From NCBI GenBank assembly GCA_000165345.1, contig CM000431.1:416001-480000 (forward strand): a stretch of DNA of 64,000 nucleotides, read 5' to 3'. The notes under the pieces were generated by a model. It saw only the letters and a program-made list of their open reading frames with translations, searched no databases and was not told the origin of the DNA. This document shows, one piece after another, positions 40,694 to 52,666 of this stretch. Each line of letters begins with the position of its first letter. Position 1 is the stretch's first letter. The position numbers were made by a program, and so were the translations under genes.

Positions 40694-41654
40694 ATGAACC
40701 AGATTTTGCTCAAGTATACATCAGTATTTTTTTTATTGATTGCTTTTTTTGATCAATTAGTTGAATTGAATGATTTGACTGCTACTTTCAAAGATATTAG
40801 CTTTGTAAGGCTTAGTGCAGTATATTATGGTAATTTTCATGAAAAAATAGAAGTTCTGGAGACTGATATAGAAAATCCTCCACAATTAGATTTATCAGAA
40901 ATGGCATATACTGAAGAAGTCGATATTATCTCACATAGCATGGCTGAATCACTTAGATCGATTTAAAATACCAGACTGTAAGCTTAATATCTTATATAAA
41001 GCTGTAAATACCCTTTTGCATAGCATGTTTTTATTTGAAAAACAAAAGTGTATACTTCAATTGCTTAAAACAAAATATAGAAAAAGAAAATGCGATTCAT
41101 TGCCTAGAATAATTTCTGTTTCATTAAGTTGTCGTAGAATTATGAAACAAATTGAAAATTTGGAAAAATCATTGGAAAAATTAACTGAACAAATTAAAAA
41201 ACTTGAGAGATATATTTTGAATTGTTTCCTATCTGCTATAAAAATGTTATGGAAGGAAGGGCGAGAACAATCCTTCGAAATAGATGAAGAAGCTGCAAAA
41301 GAATGTGACTATAAAGAATTGTACTTAATTTGGCAAGAACAACAACTTTTAAAGAAATATAAAACATTATTAAACTCATTTACTACTTCAAGCTTTGGGA
41401 AAAAAGCTTCAAGAAGTTCAAATACTTCATGCTTTTGTAGAAAAACCCAAAGTGCAAAGTGCAAAAAATATGCATTTAAAAGGTTTCTCTTAACATTAGA
41501 AAAAGTTGAAGCAAAGATTAAAAGTTTGACTGTTGAATTTGTGAGTTGTGCTTCATATTTAACTCTCAATGGCATATCTAATAATGAAGCAGAACCAACA
41601 AATGAAAATAGGCCCGCCTCTTTAATTGGTTCATTGGGTGAGCTATTGAGTTAA
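40694..41654 (+). pseudogene. Array member split into two reading frames: a signal-peptide plus motif N-terminal piece (40694-40966) and a C-terminal helical Cys domain (41025-41654)
   Basis: The 90-aa ORF carries MNQILLKYTSVFFLLIAFF...DISFVRLSA and ends at TAA 40964-40966. The next ORF (other frame; the track start 41016 is TTG, first ATG 41025) begins directly with the family's Cys-spaced helical domain (KCILQLLKTKYRKRKCDSLPRIISVSLSCRRIMKQIENLEK) and has no signal peptide. No GT...AG intron is evident. Confidence 0.45.
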
Positions 41655-41902
41655 TTTCAATAGCAAATTTCAACAATATGTACATATGTGGGTAATTCTA
41701 AAAGGTTAAAATAGCTAATAAACTCTATATTATTATTTATATTAACTCATTTCATATTTTTTTATCTATATTCCATAGTATATGAAATTTCTACAAAAAT
41801 TAATTCTGAGATCTAAATACCTTAGAATTCCCGCGCTCCAAAATTGAAAATAAAATCTAAAAAAAAATCAATTAAAAATTTATTTTGTTTGAATTTAAGT
41901 AA

Positions 41903-42892
41903 ATGTGTTCATTTCTGTATTTTATACTTTTGTCTGTATTTTTCGTGTGGGATGCTTCCAATTACAGTGAGGAATACGGTTTTTCTTCAGAAATAATTTC
42001 ATTCATCAAAATTAAAGAAGAGCATGAAAAAGAATTTCTGGTTACACCATTGGGAGCAAATTCAGCTATTATTGTGGATGCTGGAAGTGGAAGTAATGAT
42101 AATGCAGTTCTAACTGTATTTGGTGATGCATTTTCTACTCAATTTGATGAAATTGGGTTATCAGACGAAGAAAAGAATGAGATGAGTCGTATATTCAGTA
42201 ATGATTGTAACGCTGATGTAATGAGTTATTTAATCTCTGTTTTAAGTACATTATTTGTTTCTCTCAAACAATATGAATGTGAATTGAAGCTTTTGGAAAA
42301 GAGCTACAGAGCGTGCAGAGGATATGGAGGTTTAATGAGAAGAATTAAACGGTGCAATGAGGTCGAGGAAAAATACAGACAAAATAGGAGAGGTGGACGT
42401 GAAACTTTGAGTCAGATTAAAAAATTCGGTGAAAAGACTATACAGTGTGCTACTGCAATTTCTAGGGGTTTATGGCTTGCAGGTAAACATACGAATGTTG
42501 AAAATGTAGATTCCACTGTTGAATGTACGGAGCAGCAACTATTAAACGAGCAATGTAGTTTAACCACCTACAAAGTTTTTTATTCAGTTTTACTATCAGC
42601 TTTAATATCTGTCTCCGTATCATCTTCAAAATGCAAAGAAAAAAGAAAATGTAGGAAGGTGAGCAGGAAGTGCAAGTGTATTTTTTCAACTGCTGATCAA
42701 ATAGAAGAACTTATAAATGAATTGGAGAAAAAAATTACTGATAAAAATGCTTTCATCCGCAGTTGTACAAAACACTTAATAAATACAAGTGGATCTGTCA
42801 ATACCAATCAGGTTAGAGCTCCATCAGAGGAGATAGATGGCGGGCTTAAAGAAATTACGCAAGTTAGTCAATTACTAACAGGAACTTTCTAA
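41903..42892 (+). CDS. Secreted paralog-array protein (329 aa)
   Basis: ATG at 41903. Signal peptide MCSFLYFILLSVFFVWDAS. Motif ISFIKIKEE at residues 32-40. Cys-spaced helical domain (CNADVMSYLISVLSTLFVSLKQYECELKLLEKSYRACRGY...). TTCCCGCGC 70 bp upstream. Confidence 0.7.
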   Translation: MCSFLYFILLSVFFVWDASNYSEEYGFSSEIISFIKIKEEHEKEFLVTPLGANSAIIVDAGSGSNDNAVLTVFGDAFSTQFDEIGLSDEEKNEMSRIFSNDCNADVMSYLISVLSTLFVSLKQYECELKLLEKSYRACRGYGGLMRRIKRCNEVEEKYRQNRRGGRETLSQIKKFGEKTIQCATAISRGLWLAGKHTNVENVDSTVECTEQQLLNEQCSLTTYKVFYSVLLSALISVSVSSSKCKEKRKCRKVSRKCKCIFSTADQIEELINELEKKITDKNAFIRSCTKHLINTSGSVNTNQVRAPSEEIDGGLKEITQVSQLLTGTF

Positions 42893-44012
42893 TTCTTGCT
42901 TAAATTTTATTTTCCAAGCAAAAATCCGAACTATCAAAGACGGTTGGCGCCTTGTATTTGTGTGATTAATTTTGTTTTTAAATTTAACCAAGTAAAAATA
43001 ATAGCTTTGGGGAATTATGGAAATAAAACTTTAACTGTATTAAATTTGATGACTATTTTAGTTTGTTTAGTTATTCATTTTAAGTAGTGAAGTAAATATT
43101 AGATTTTCTGATCGAAAATTAGACTTTTGAGTTACTTTGAATACGGGAATTTGAATATGAGTTCTCTTTTATGAATGAATTTTCTTTTCTGAAATATTAA
43201 ATATGTTTCCTCATCTAGTTGGTTTGTTTTTTTGTTCATTACATCCTTTAAGAAGATTAAAGCTTTATCAACTAACAATTTAATTCTGCATGTGGTTGGT
43301 TCTACTTTGGTTATGAAAGAATATTGGATTAACAATTTTGTTGAATCTAATAAACAAAAAATCTTGAAATTTTTAAATAGTGTTGCAAGCTTCAAAGCTG
43401 TGTGTGGAAATTATAAATATTTAATAATTTCTGAGATATGTAAATAACATAAGAAAATGTAGTAGCTTTATTAATACCTATGAGATTGCTCTCCAAAAAA
43501 CTTATTCTTTGTAATTCTAGGTTTTCAGATTTCATTTTAAATTACTATTAGTTCTTTGAAGTTATTTTAATGGAGTTTAAAAAGATTATTTGCTTTAAAT
43601 ACCATTTATTTTTTGAATTTTATATAATATGTTTGAAAAAAAAACTTATCTAGACTTGAATATGCTTATTCCATTATTTTTTTTATTATCTTATTATATG
43701 TTTTCGAAGTTAAAACGGAATTTAAGACCAATTTATAACTATTAAGAAGATTTGATTTCAACAAATAACTTGTAATAAATCATGTGAGCTCTTCTATCTA
43801 TTCAGAGCTAATATTTCAGCTGATTGGCTATTTTTGTGGGCTTATCCAAACTGTACAACCCAGCTATTTTCAATAATTTGGCAGAAATTTATAACTAAAT
43901 AGCTTTGGAGAATAGAATTTTAAATAAAAGGTTTCGAAGAAAACCAAGAATAAAAGAAAAGAAAAATTTGACTATCTTAATGCTTTGAAAGGTCAGATTA
44001 TTTATCTATTTT

Positions 44013-44075
44013 TTTTTTTTCTTTTCTTCTTCCTCTGTTCTTCAATTCCTCCCTTCCTCTTCTCTCCCTTACTAA
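44013..44075. repeat. ~60-nt polypyrimidine (T/C) tract, GA-rich on the opposite strand, ~600 bp upstream of the 44684 gene
   Basis: The sequence reads tttttttttttcttttcttcttcctctgttcttcaattcctcccttcctcttctctccctt. Confidence 0.8.
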
Positions 44076-44231
44076 TTACTTTAGTCTTACGTGTATAGTC
44101 CTTCAGCTTCAAAAGTTTTCGTAAATAAATAAAAATTACATTGATTCTAAACCATTGTAAGACTTTGACAACTATTTTGAGAAAAAAAAAGGCTAGTTGA
44201 AACTTTTTATGTTTACTTTCTCTGGTACTTA

Positions 44232-44261
44232 GCGCATGCAAATTAATGGTTGCGCGCCAAA
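44232..44261. promoter_or_regulatory. GCGCATGCAAA plus TTGCGCGCCAAA elements upstream of the 44684 gene
   Basis: Adjacent GCATGCA-like and E2F-like cores ~430 bp from the ATG. TTTTGGCGGGCAA lies at ~44437-44449. Confidence 0.45.
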
Positions 44262-44683
44262 CTAGTTGATCATTTCACTTTTTAAATGTATTAGTTGAAT
44301 AGAATTAATTAATACCATCCCTTCTACAACCCTTCATTATAAAAATTAGTAGAAACATCAATATTAAGAGCTTAATGGAAAAAAAGTCAAAAATTAACCA
44401 ATTCTATAGATTTATCTCGCAAAGCATACACAAAATGCATGTTTTGGCGGGCAACCACAGCCGATACAATAATATTTAAAAAACCAATTACTTTTCTAAA
44501 TTACTATAATTTAGGCAGAGGAAAAAAATAAATTGTTTAAACGAACTTTTTTGCTTTGTTTTGATGCAGAATAAGAAGTTGTGGCTGATAGCTATTTTTG
44601 GCACCTGAGCTGAGTTAATCAGATAAGACTTGAATTAATTTGAATCGATCTATAAATTAATAGTTCCAAGGAAAAATTCGAAT

Positions 44684-46792
44684 ATGTACTTTAATTTGGC
44701 CTTTTTTTTATGTCTACCTCTCATTAGTATCTATGAGTTTGGGAGCTCTGATTTTTACTTTAAATTGAGTCTCATTGAGCTCAAGGCAGTTGGTGGGTTT
44801 GGTGCAGGCCAAGCTGAAAGTAGTACTGAAGGAAGTGTTGAGAGATCAAATCAGGAAGAAAATAGTGATCAATCCTCAGAAGAGTCTAGTACAAGTCAGA
44901 ATGAGAAGAAAATCGGCGAAGCTTCTTCAATCTTAAACTCTAAAAGCGACTCAGCTCTCCTTTCTCATGGAAACAGTTACTATAAAAAGAAACTCGGAGA
45001 AAGCATATTATCTTTTAGTTCTCATAGTGAATTAGTCAAATTTCTATTATTTGAGAGCAGTCAAAGAGATTTAGGTTTATCTGTTTCTGATTGCCTTAAA
45101 ATCTCCCAAGCATATTTAACTTCAAAGTTCACACCAAACACAAGCGAAAATGAAATCATTGTTGATATTAAAGAACTACTTTTGCTTTTAAGGAAGTATA
45201 TTAGGACAAATGGAAGTTGTCTACAGAGCTTTTGTGTCAAAAATCAACCAAAAACATCCATAACTAGCACTGAAAGCACCTTAAACATTGATGAAGAGAA
45301 TGATTCTGACGCAGATTCTAGTGTGAAGACAAATCAAAGTACCTCTTCTGATACTTCTTCAGGCAAACTCTACGATGGCTCTAGTAGTCATTTTCAGTTT
45401 CAACTTACTAGTTCTTCAGATAGTGCTACACCAATTTCAATTGAATTTTTAGAAATGCAACCTAAAAATGATTTGAAATTCGAACTATTCAAACAAGATC
45501 AGTCTACTCCAACAGTAAATGAGCTTGTTCAACCTGAAGAAAATCTGAGGACTCCTACTCCAGACCTTAATAATTTGCCTGTATCAGAGCCTGAAAATCT
45601 GCCTACTACCGAAGAAAATCTTAATACCGTATTTGAAGAAATGGGAACTGAAATTCAAGTAAACCAAAATGAAATCGTTCCTAATTTAGACTTAAATACT
45701 AGAAACGCAATGCCTATAACAGAGGTTGAGTTGGAACTTGATTTTGTTGATCCATGGAAAAGTTTGATTTCTATGATATTATATGAGCCAGTAAGAAGGT
45801 CTTCATTAAAATTTGATGAGGTACATTGTGATAAAATGGCAAAGGTTACAGGCCGAATTATTGCATTTATAACTAATTACACTTGCAAACTACGTCTTAT
45901 CTTAAAAAACTATCAAAGAAAGAAATGTAATGAAAGAAATAAAGTTGCAAGTCTATTTGTGGGATGCTATAAACTTAAAAAACAACTCGAAAAAAATATT
46001 AAATATTATTCTAAATTAAGATATGATCTCGTGGATTCAGTTGTAGGTGTTACTCAATGTTCACTGGCAAAAAACAATTTTATATCTCAGAGAAATAAAA
46101 CTTTCTCTCATTTGTCTGATGGAAATTCGTCTATTCGATGCACTTTAAAAGAATATTATCTATTATTTGACTTTGTAATATTTTTATTCTATATCATTAA
46201 TGCATATAAGTCTGCAGTAGAAAAGCTGGACAAATTTATCTCAAGTAGTTGTACTACAATATGTCCAACAAGATGTGGGAAAAGACCACAAATCTGCAAT
46301 TGTCTTGAAGAGTCTTACAACAATATTTTTGCTGACAAGATCAATATGGAATCTTACAGACATAATCTCAACAACAGAATGGCATTGTGCAAAAATTATC
46401 TAATTTCTAACTACTTATTCTCAAGTAGTATTCCTGAATCTGCTGAGTATGTTTCAACATCCGGATATAGATATAAAATTGAGAATTTTGAGCATATACA
46501 AACAGTTCAATTCCCAATCACTTATCCTTCCAGTTTAGAAAAGTATACCATTCTCAAATCAAGTCTATTCAACCTACTACTAAATCCTATTAATAATCAG
46601 GAACAACCCCCCAATCCTGCTCCTGCAGCCAAGGAAGTCCCAAATAGAAGTCGTAATTTAGAAAAAAAGCCAAAACATAGGCTTAAGTCCAAATTTCCAA
46701 TTAGAAGAAATAAAGATAAAAATACAAATATTAACCATAATACTCAAACTCATCCAAACCCCACTTCAAATCCACAAAATAATTGGCTCTAG
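44684..46792 (+). CDS. Secreted paralog-array protein with a long Ser/Thr/Glu-rich linker (702 aa)
   Basis: ATG at 44684. Signal peptide MYFNLAFFLCLPLISIYEFGSS. Motif LSLIELKA at 28-35. Residues ~40-360 are low-complexity S/T/E/N-rich. C-terminal Cys-spaced helical domain (HCDKMAKVTGRIIAFITNYTCKLRLILKNYQRKKCNE...). Confidence 0.7.
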   Translation: MYFNLAFFLCLPLISIYEFGSSDFYFKLSLIELKAVGGFGAGQAESSTEGSVERSNQEENSDQSSEESSTSQNEKKIGEASSILNSKSDSALLSHGNSYYKKKLGESILSFSSHSELVKFLLFESSQRDLGLSVSDCLKISQAYLTSKFTPNTSENEIIVDIKELLLLLRKYIRTNGSCLQSFCVKNQPKTSITSTESTLNIDEENDSDADSSVKTNQSTSSDTSSGKLYDGSSSHFQFQLTSSSDSATPISIEFLEMQPKNDLKFELFKQDQSTPTVNELVQPEENLRTPTPDLNNLPVSEPENLPTTEENLNTVFEEMGTEIQVNQNEIVPNLDLNTRNAMPITEVELELDFVDPWKSLISMILYEPVRRSSLKFDEVHCDKMAKVTGRIIAFITNYTCKLRLILKNYQRKKCNERNKVASLFVGCYKLKKQLEKNIKYYSKLRYDLVDSVVGVTQCSLAKNNFISQRNKTFSHLSDGNSSIRCTLKEYYLLFDFVIFLFYIINAYKSAVEKLDKFISSSCTTICPTRCGKRPQICNCLEESYNNIFADKINMESYRHNLNNRMALCKNYLISNYLFSSSIPESAEYVSTSGYRYKIENFEHIQTVQFPITYPSSLEKYTILKSSLFNLLLNPINNQEQPPNPAPAAKEVPNRSRNLEKKPKHRLKSKFPIRRNKDKNTNINHNTQTHPNPTSNPQNNWL

Positions 46793-46844
46793 TTCGCAAT
46801 TCATCTAACTAATATTTATTTCATGCATTTTTGTGTGTATTAAT

Positions 46845-46857
46845 TAGGCGGGAAAGT
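46845..46857. promoter_or_regulatory. TTAGGCGGGAAAG E2F-like element ~280 bp upstream of the 47132 gene
   Basis: GGCGGGAAA core. Confidence 0.45.
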
Positions 46858-47131
46858 AGTGTAGCTTAATATGGACATAATTGCTGTGTGAACAATAGAA
46901 GAAAATACATAAGTAGCTCACACTAAATAGCCAAAATTACTCCTATAATTTAATTTTTGAAGAAAAATTAGGACCTTTTTGTGAACATATTTGTATGCGT
47001 GATTAATTTCACACATTGGATGTACAATATTAAGCAGTAATCCTTTTCCTGCGAGTGTAGATTCTATGTTACCTTTTAAGTTGTTCTAATAATTTTATAT
47101 TAGGTATAAATTTCTTTTAATTACAGTAAAA

Positions 47132-48034
47132 ATGAACATTTTTTCTTTAATTGGAATACACTTTCTTCTGTTCTTTGGCATTTCTGCTAATAATAATCGA
47201 TTGTCTATTAAAGAGTTCAGTTTGTTAAGTCTTAAGGAGAACAGTGATGTAAATCTTTACAGAAAGGATGCCAGAATAAATGTACAAGAATGTAGTCCCG
47301 AAAGTATGAATTTACTTTTGGGAATTGATCAAATTTTAAAGTTTGAAGTAACTGCTTACTTCTGTTATTTAAAGAACCTCAGAAGTGCATTTGAATCATG
47401 CAAAAGAAGATGTACTATTTCTCGTAATATTGGAAGATGTAGAGGAATTGAGAATAGATTAGCTGCTGCGACAGAAAAGTATAATGAACTTTTAGAGCAA
47501 CAAACTAAGTGGGGAAAATTATTAAGTTACTGCATTAAGTGTAGAGCGCTGACAGAATATATGCTTATTCAAAGCAGGGGAGGAATTGCAAAGAAGAGTA
47601 GAATTACCAGTCGCAATTCTGGTGATGATCCTGCATACACTCCGAAAAACTTATTAGATTCGTATTTGACAAGAGACTTTTCAAGTTTTGAGTTGTTATA
47701 TTTATCAAGGATGGATACATATTTACAAACACAGAAAAAATTATGTGGAACAAAAAGTAGAGCCTTGTGTACTTGCGCTAAGAAAACTCTTAAAGAACTA
47801 AAAGATAATAAAAGCGTATTACAAAGCACCGTAATTAAACAAGATAGTTTTCAAAGAAGATGGTTTACGTTTAATGGGGGAAATATTCCTAGTTCAGGAG
47901 AACCAATTGATTCTATCAGAGAGGAATGCAAACATGTATTGGAAAAAGATGCTGAAATTCAGAACGGAATTGATGGAAAGTTAAACGCAGGATTCACAGG
48001 AGAAGAGTTGGCGCCTGTTACTAGTGTACTTTAA
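47132..48034 (+). CDS. Secreted paralog-array protein (300 aa)
   Basis: ATG at 47132. Signal peptide MNIFSLIGIHFLLFFGISA. Motif FSLLSLKE at 29-36. Cys-spaced helical domain (CSPESMNLLLGIDQILKFEVTAYFCYLKNLRSAFESCKRRC...). Confidence 0.7.
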   Translation: MNIFSLIGIHFLLFFGISANNNRLSIKEFSLLSLKENSDVNLYRKDARINVQECSPESMNLLLGIDQILKFEVTAYFCYLKNLRSAFESCKRRCTISRNIGRCRGIENRLAAATEKYNELLEQQTKWGKLLSYCIKCRALTEYMLIQSRGGIAKKSRITSRNSGDDPAYTPKNLLDSYLTRDFSSFELLYLSRMDTYLQTQKKLCGTKSRALCTCAKKTLKELKDNKSVLQSTVIKQDSFQRRWFTFNGGNIPSSGEPIDSIREECKHVLEKDAEIQNGIDGKLNAGFTGEELAPVTSVL

Positions 48035-48243
48035 TTCTATTATAATAAATGAAGGTAAGATTTAAAGTAATGAAAAGAATAGCCATCAACAAAAAGTGTT
48101 TGTTAGCTTGAATATAAATAATAAATGCATCAATATTTTAATTTTTAGTTTAGATGATCGTCTAATTGCCAATAAATTATTATATTAAAAAAAAAAGTAA
48201 AGTTTAGATGATTTTCTAATTTTATTTAATAACTTTTCAATAA

Positions 48244-48255
48244 TTGGCGCCAAAG
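48244..48255. promoter_or_regulatory. TTGGCGCCAAAG palindromic E2F-like element ~220 bp upstream of the 48470 gene
   Basis: Exact GGCGCC core. Confidence 0.5.
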
Positions 48256-48469
48256 AGGTAACTGACTTATTTTTAAGTATTTTAATAAATTTCTAACTTG
48301 GAGTAATAGTTAAATTGGGGGGGAGGAGGATTCTGTGTGGATATTAGAATTTTTGACGAAGATTTGTGATAATTTTAGTTAATATGTAAAATTCCCCATT
48401 ATAAATGTAAAAAATATAACGAATAATTGCCAACTAGTAACTTGCTGGTTTGGTGGAAATAGTATATTA

Positions 48470-49288
48470 ATGAATATGCCTATAGCCAACTCGTGCAAAT
48501 ACGCTTTTTTCCACTATATGTGTGCTTATTTATTTATATTGACTGTAATATCTTTTTTATACTGGGATGGATTTACAGAAATATTAGAAATGAATCAAGT
48601 ATCCTTGTTTCAAGTAGGAATACCCCAATATCAGTCATTTTCAGAAGCAAAGCCATTATTTTCTGGAAAAGGAAGTAAGGAATATAGGGATTTTCTCGCA
48701 GAATTTGGAGTTTTAGATGGTTTAGAAATTGCAAAAGTACGTTCGAACAAAGCACTCAAGAAATTGCTTTTAGAACTTAAGCAAATATTTATTAAGTATT
48801 ATTCTTTGAAAGGTCTAGTGCTAAGCTTTAAAAAAAAGCCGAGTTCTGTTGAGAACCAGGATTTAGTTGAAAACAACAATCGAATGCTTCAAGAAGCCAA
48901 CACTGAACTTTCAAAGTTACTTCTTGAAATTTTTTCATGTATTGTACTCAAAAAAGCCTCTAAATACAAAAACTATACCGTTTCTAATAATCATTTTGAT
49001 TGCACAATTTATTCATATGTTTATTATTCGTCCATGAAGGAACTTAGCAAAAGAATTATTATTTTACTAGAAGAAACTCTCTCAAGCTTTAGCAAATCGA
49101 AGTGCAGTTGCCAACAATTTAACGTGAATGTTAAACAATCGCCTTGCTACTATCTCTTTTTTTCTGTCAAGGCAATCAAAGCTTCAATAGCCACAGAGAC
49201 TTCTTATTATTGCCAATACAAACGAATAAAAAAGAATTGTGGGCCCTATGCTAATTTAAGTTTACGCAAAGCTCTTTCTTTTAGATGA
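48470..49288 (+). CDS. Secreted paralog-array protein, subfamily A (272 aa)
   Basis: ATG at 48470. Hydrophobic N-terminus. Subfamily-A signature ALKKLLLELKQIFIKYY ... LLLEIFSCIVLKKASKYKNY shared with the 51357, 54105 and 55854 genes. Confidence 0.7.
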   Translation: MNMPIANSCKYAFFHYMCAYLFILTVISFLYWDGFTEILEMNQVSLFQVGIPQYQSFSEAKPLFSGKGSKEYRDFLAEFGVLDGLEIAKVRSNKALKKLLLELKQIFIKYYSLKGLVLSFKKKPSSVENQDLVENNNRMLQEANTELSKLLLEIFSCIVLKKASKYKNYTVSNNHFDCTIYSYVYYSSMKELSKRIIILLEETLSSFSKSKCSCQQFNVNVKQSPCYYLFFSVKAIKASIATETSYYCQYKRIKKNCGPYANLSLRKALSFR

Positions 49289-51356
49289 TTTCTAATGGTT
49301 ATGTCAGCACAAGAGCTGTTAGGCATAAAGTTAATGTTGTCCCATCCCAAATTTGTATCTAAATTTTTGAAAATAATGGCTTTAATATATTTAAATGGGG
49401 GGCCAAAATATTTCAAGCTATTAATGCCATTTATGTCAGTCATTCAAGCACCATTAAAGTATTCTTACCCCGTCTCTAATATCAAATTATTAAAGAAGAT
49501 CCGTACTTCAAGTTCATAATTAGAGAAAATTGTCTGTTTTGATGTTTTTTGTCAACTAGTGACAGCAATAAAATTCTGCACAGAGAAATCAGAATTACAA
49601 TTATAATGTAGAAATGTTTGATTAAATGAGTTATAAGTCCTATTGAAAGAAATTCTGAAAGTGAAGATAAAACTGAGTGCTAATTGAATTTTGATATAAA
49701 TTTACTGATTTAATTGAAAAAAAAATAGATGTTTTAGGATGAATTAAGTATTCTTTCGTTAACACTTGCCAAATCTCGTAATTTCTATTTAGCAGAAATA
49801 ATTAAAGAAAGAAACCCTCGGAATGTGTGCATACATACATAAGTATTTATCCATTCATTTATACATGGTTTTCTACATTTGACCGGATAGGAATGCTTTA
49901 CAATTAAATTTTTACAATTTTCCGAGGATAAAATTTTAAATATGTAATTTACCGCCTTATATCATGTGTTTATACTAATTTTTAGAAATTTATAGAGGAA
50001 TGATAGAAAATGTTTATAACAAAAATGAGAATCTATTGAATATTATTAGAACTCAAAAGAAAATGTGCCTTTAAACTTTAATATAAATTTACCAAGTTTG
50101 TTCAGCTTTTATCACCAGTTTATATGATCTCAAACAATCTAATTTGAAATCTTTCAATAATATTGCGATGAACTATAGAAGATCAATTTCTTACTAATCA
50201 ATTAACTGTCTATTTAAAAAAAAAGAAAAGGCTTAAACTAAAATATTATTTGATTCATACAGGAAATCACTTATAATTCACGTTTCAAATGTTTAAGCAT
50301 CCCATTTTACTTAGGCTTATATTGAAAACTTTTGCCCGCTAAAACAAATTTGTCAAATTTTTATTTTGCACACAACAACAAAAAGTGCATGTTCTTTGTT
50401 TTCAAGCGTGTAACTTTGGAAACTATAATAAATCTTGTTTTGGAAAAATTTATTTTATTATTTAATTCTCAGAATTTATTTACTTTACAAAATATTGTAT
50501 TTTGTAAATATAACTCATATTTACCTAAATGAAATAGAGTTACGTCATTTTGAATTATTTGATTATTTTTTTTTTCTTTTAAGTTATTACAGGCCTAAGA
50601 ATCAAGCTGAAAACTTTTGTTTTTTATGAAAATATAAAGAAAACCCTTCTATAATTGTCTTTTCACCGTTTAAATGACCCAAATAATAATTTAAAAAAAA
50701 AATTCGATTCGGTTTCAAAATAAAATAATTTATCATTTCATTTTGCCGCCTTCCAACACAATAATGTTTTGCAATATTTTATTGTTATTTATTAATACAT
50801 GCAATCATTATGTGTACTCAAGATATTTGTATTAGTAGTTGCTGGCCTAAACTTCAAAGCGAAATGATTAGTTTTAAACCAAACAATTATGGAACTTGAA
50901 GATTATTTTTCAGCTAAATTAACCTCTAATAGTTATTACAAAACCTAATATCTTGCTATAATATATCGAAAGATATTCTAACATATTGAAACTTGAATAA
51001 TATAGAATGCATTATCATGCTTAATATTACTATTTAATAAAATTATTTTATTGCGATCAAATTTATAATTGAATTACCTAACGTACTTAGATATTATTTT
51101 AAAACATGATATATAAAAGAATAAAGCCTTATCTATCTGTGTGTGACTACCAAAATTAACTGTGAAAATATTAAACTCAACTCATGATTTGTGTGCATGT
51201 GCAATAATATACCGGAAGCATACACATTCTTATATATATAATATTAAATATTATAATTCAGTTTTGATTAAATTCGAATATATATTCAGTGTTATTGCTT
51301 AGTGTAACATAAATTCTGCGAAGTTGCTTAACAGTTTATCTTTTATTTATATTAAA

Positions 51357-52253
51357 ATGCTCATGAGTTCAAGTATAATAAATTTCCTTCTTGTTTTGCT
51401 TTTTACCGTTAGCTCTACTTCAAATAACTTTGTAAAGAACTTTATTTTGGAAGTATCATTCTTAAATGCAGCAAGTTTAGAAACTGGATCTGAAGGTGAA
51501 CCTGTAGCTCTGCCTCAACAAGATGCTCAAAAGCCTCAGTTTGGAGTTCTCCAGGGAAGAGGATCAACTGTTCTTAGCGATTTCATGACGAGTAATGGAG
51601 TTGGTTTAGATTTATCCGTGAACAAAAAATGTAGTAAAGGTGAATTACAAAAATTGTTAAAATTACTTGAAAATACAATGCTTACATTATTTGAAATTCA
51701 TGGTAAAAGTGTAGGCTTAGAGAAAACTATTAATGAGCAGACCCACTCATCGAATCTAGAAATTAGTAGATTAAATGACTTAAGAGCAAAAGAAATTTCT
51801 TTAAACGAGAAATTAGAACAATTATTGGCGGAAATTTTTAGTTGTCTTTTGAGAATGGCAGCAAAAAGATACTCTGGCAAATCAATAAGAACTAATGAGA
51901 AAGGATGTACCATTCTTTCAGTAACATATTTCTCTGCTCTTAAATCTGCAAGTGAAGCAATCTTGGCTGTATTGAAAAAAGTACTCAAAGAATTAACCAA
52001 GCTATATAACAAATGTCTTACATCAGTCCATATAGATCCAAATTCATGTCGTTGCTACGGATTCTCACTCTCGAGTGCCCAGGATTCATTTTCTGCACAA
52101 AAACAAATTTCCAAAAATTCTGCATCTGAGAAAATTAAATGCAAACGCTACGTACGAAATAAAATAACTACTAGACTATTAGGCGGTATAAGAGCTAGAG
52201 CGTCTGGTGAAACAGTTTTTGAGGATGAACAAGAGGTTAATACTTATTTTTAA
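51357..52253 (+). CDS. Secreted paralog-array protein, subfamily A (298 aa from the first ATG)
   Basis: The track start 51324 is TTG; the first ATG is 51357 (MLMSSSIINFLLVLLFTVSSTS signal peptide). Motif VSFLNAASLE at 33-42. CSKGELQKLLKLLENTMLTL ... LLAEIFSCLLRMAAKRYSGK. Confidence 0.7.
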   Translation: MLMSSSIINFLLVLLFTVSSTSNNFVKNFILEVSFLNAASLETGSEGEPVALPQQDAQKPQFGVLQGRGSTVLSDFMTSNGVGLDLSVNKKCSKGELQKLLKLLENTMLTLFEIHGKSVGLEKTINEQTHSSNLEISRLNDLRAKEISLNEKLEQLLAEIFSCLLRMAAKRYSGKSIRTNEKGCTILSVTYFSALKSASEAILAVLKKVLKELTKLYNKCLTSVHIDPNSCRCYGFSLSSAQDSFSAQKQISKNSASEKIKCKRYVRNKITTRLLGGIRARASGETVFEDEQEVNTYF

Positions 52254-52431
52254 TCATATTCAGCCTCATAAAAAAGAACAGAAACTCAAATTAGTATTGT
52301 AATGCTGCAACTTCATTTAAACAATGAACTTTTAATATCAGTCGGAAAAAAAACAGGCTTTATATGGTCAATTATCACTTATTTTTTTTAATATATAATA
52401 AAGAAAGTTTTTTTTTCGCAAAGTTGCATGT

Positions 52432-52444
52432 ATCCCGCGCCACT
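52432..52444. promoter_or_regulatory. TATCCCGCGCCAC E2F-like element ~225 bp upstream of the 52667 gene
   Basis: CCCGCGCC core. Confidence 0.45.
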
Positions 52445-52666
52445 TGATTCATTTTAACTTAAATCTGAAAATTTTAGTGTCAAGTCTCAAACTAAAAAGA
52501 AAAAGAACCCCTTTCTTTAATAAAACCAATCGATTAAATATTGGAGTATATAATGTTTGGTTACATTTATTTCATTTAGAATGATCATATTATTTAAGCC
52601 AACTATTTGTAATTGATAAATATTATCATTTTTTTTCTTCTTTTTTCAACTGAAATAAGGACTAAT

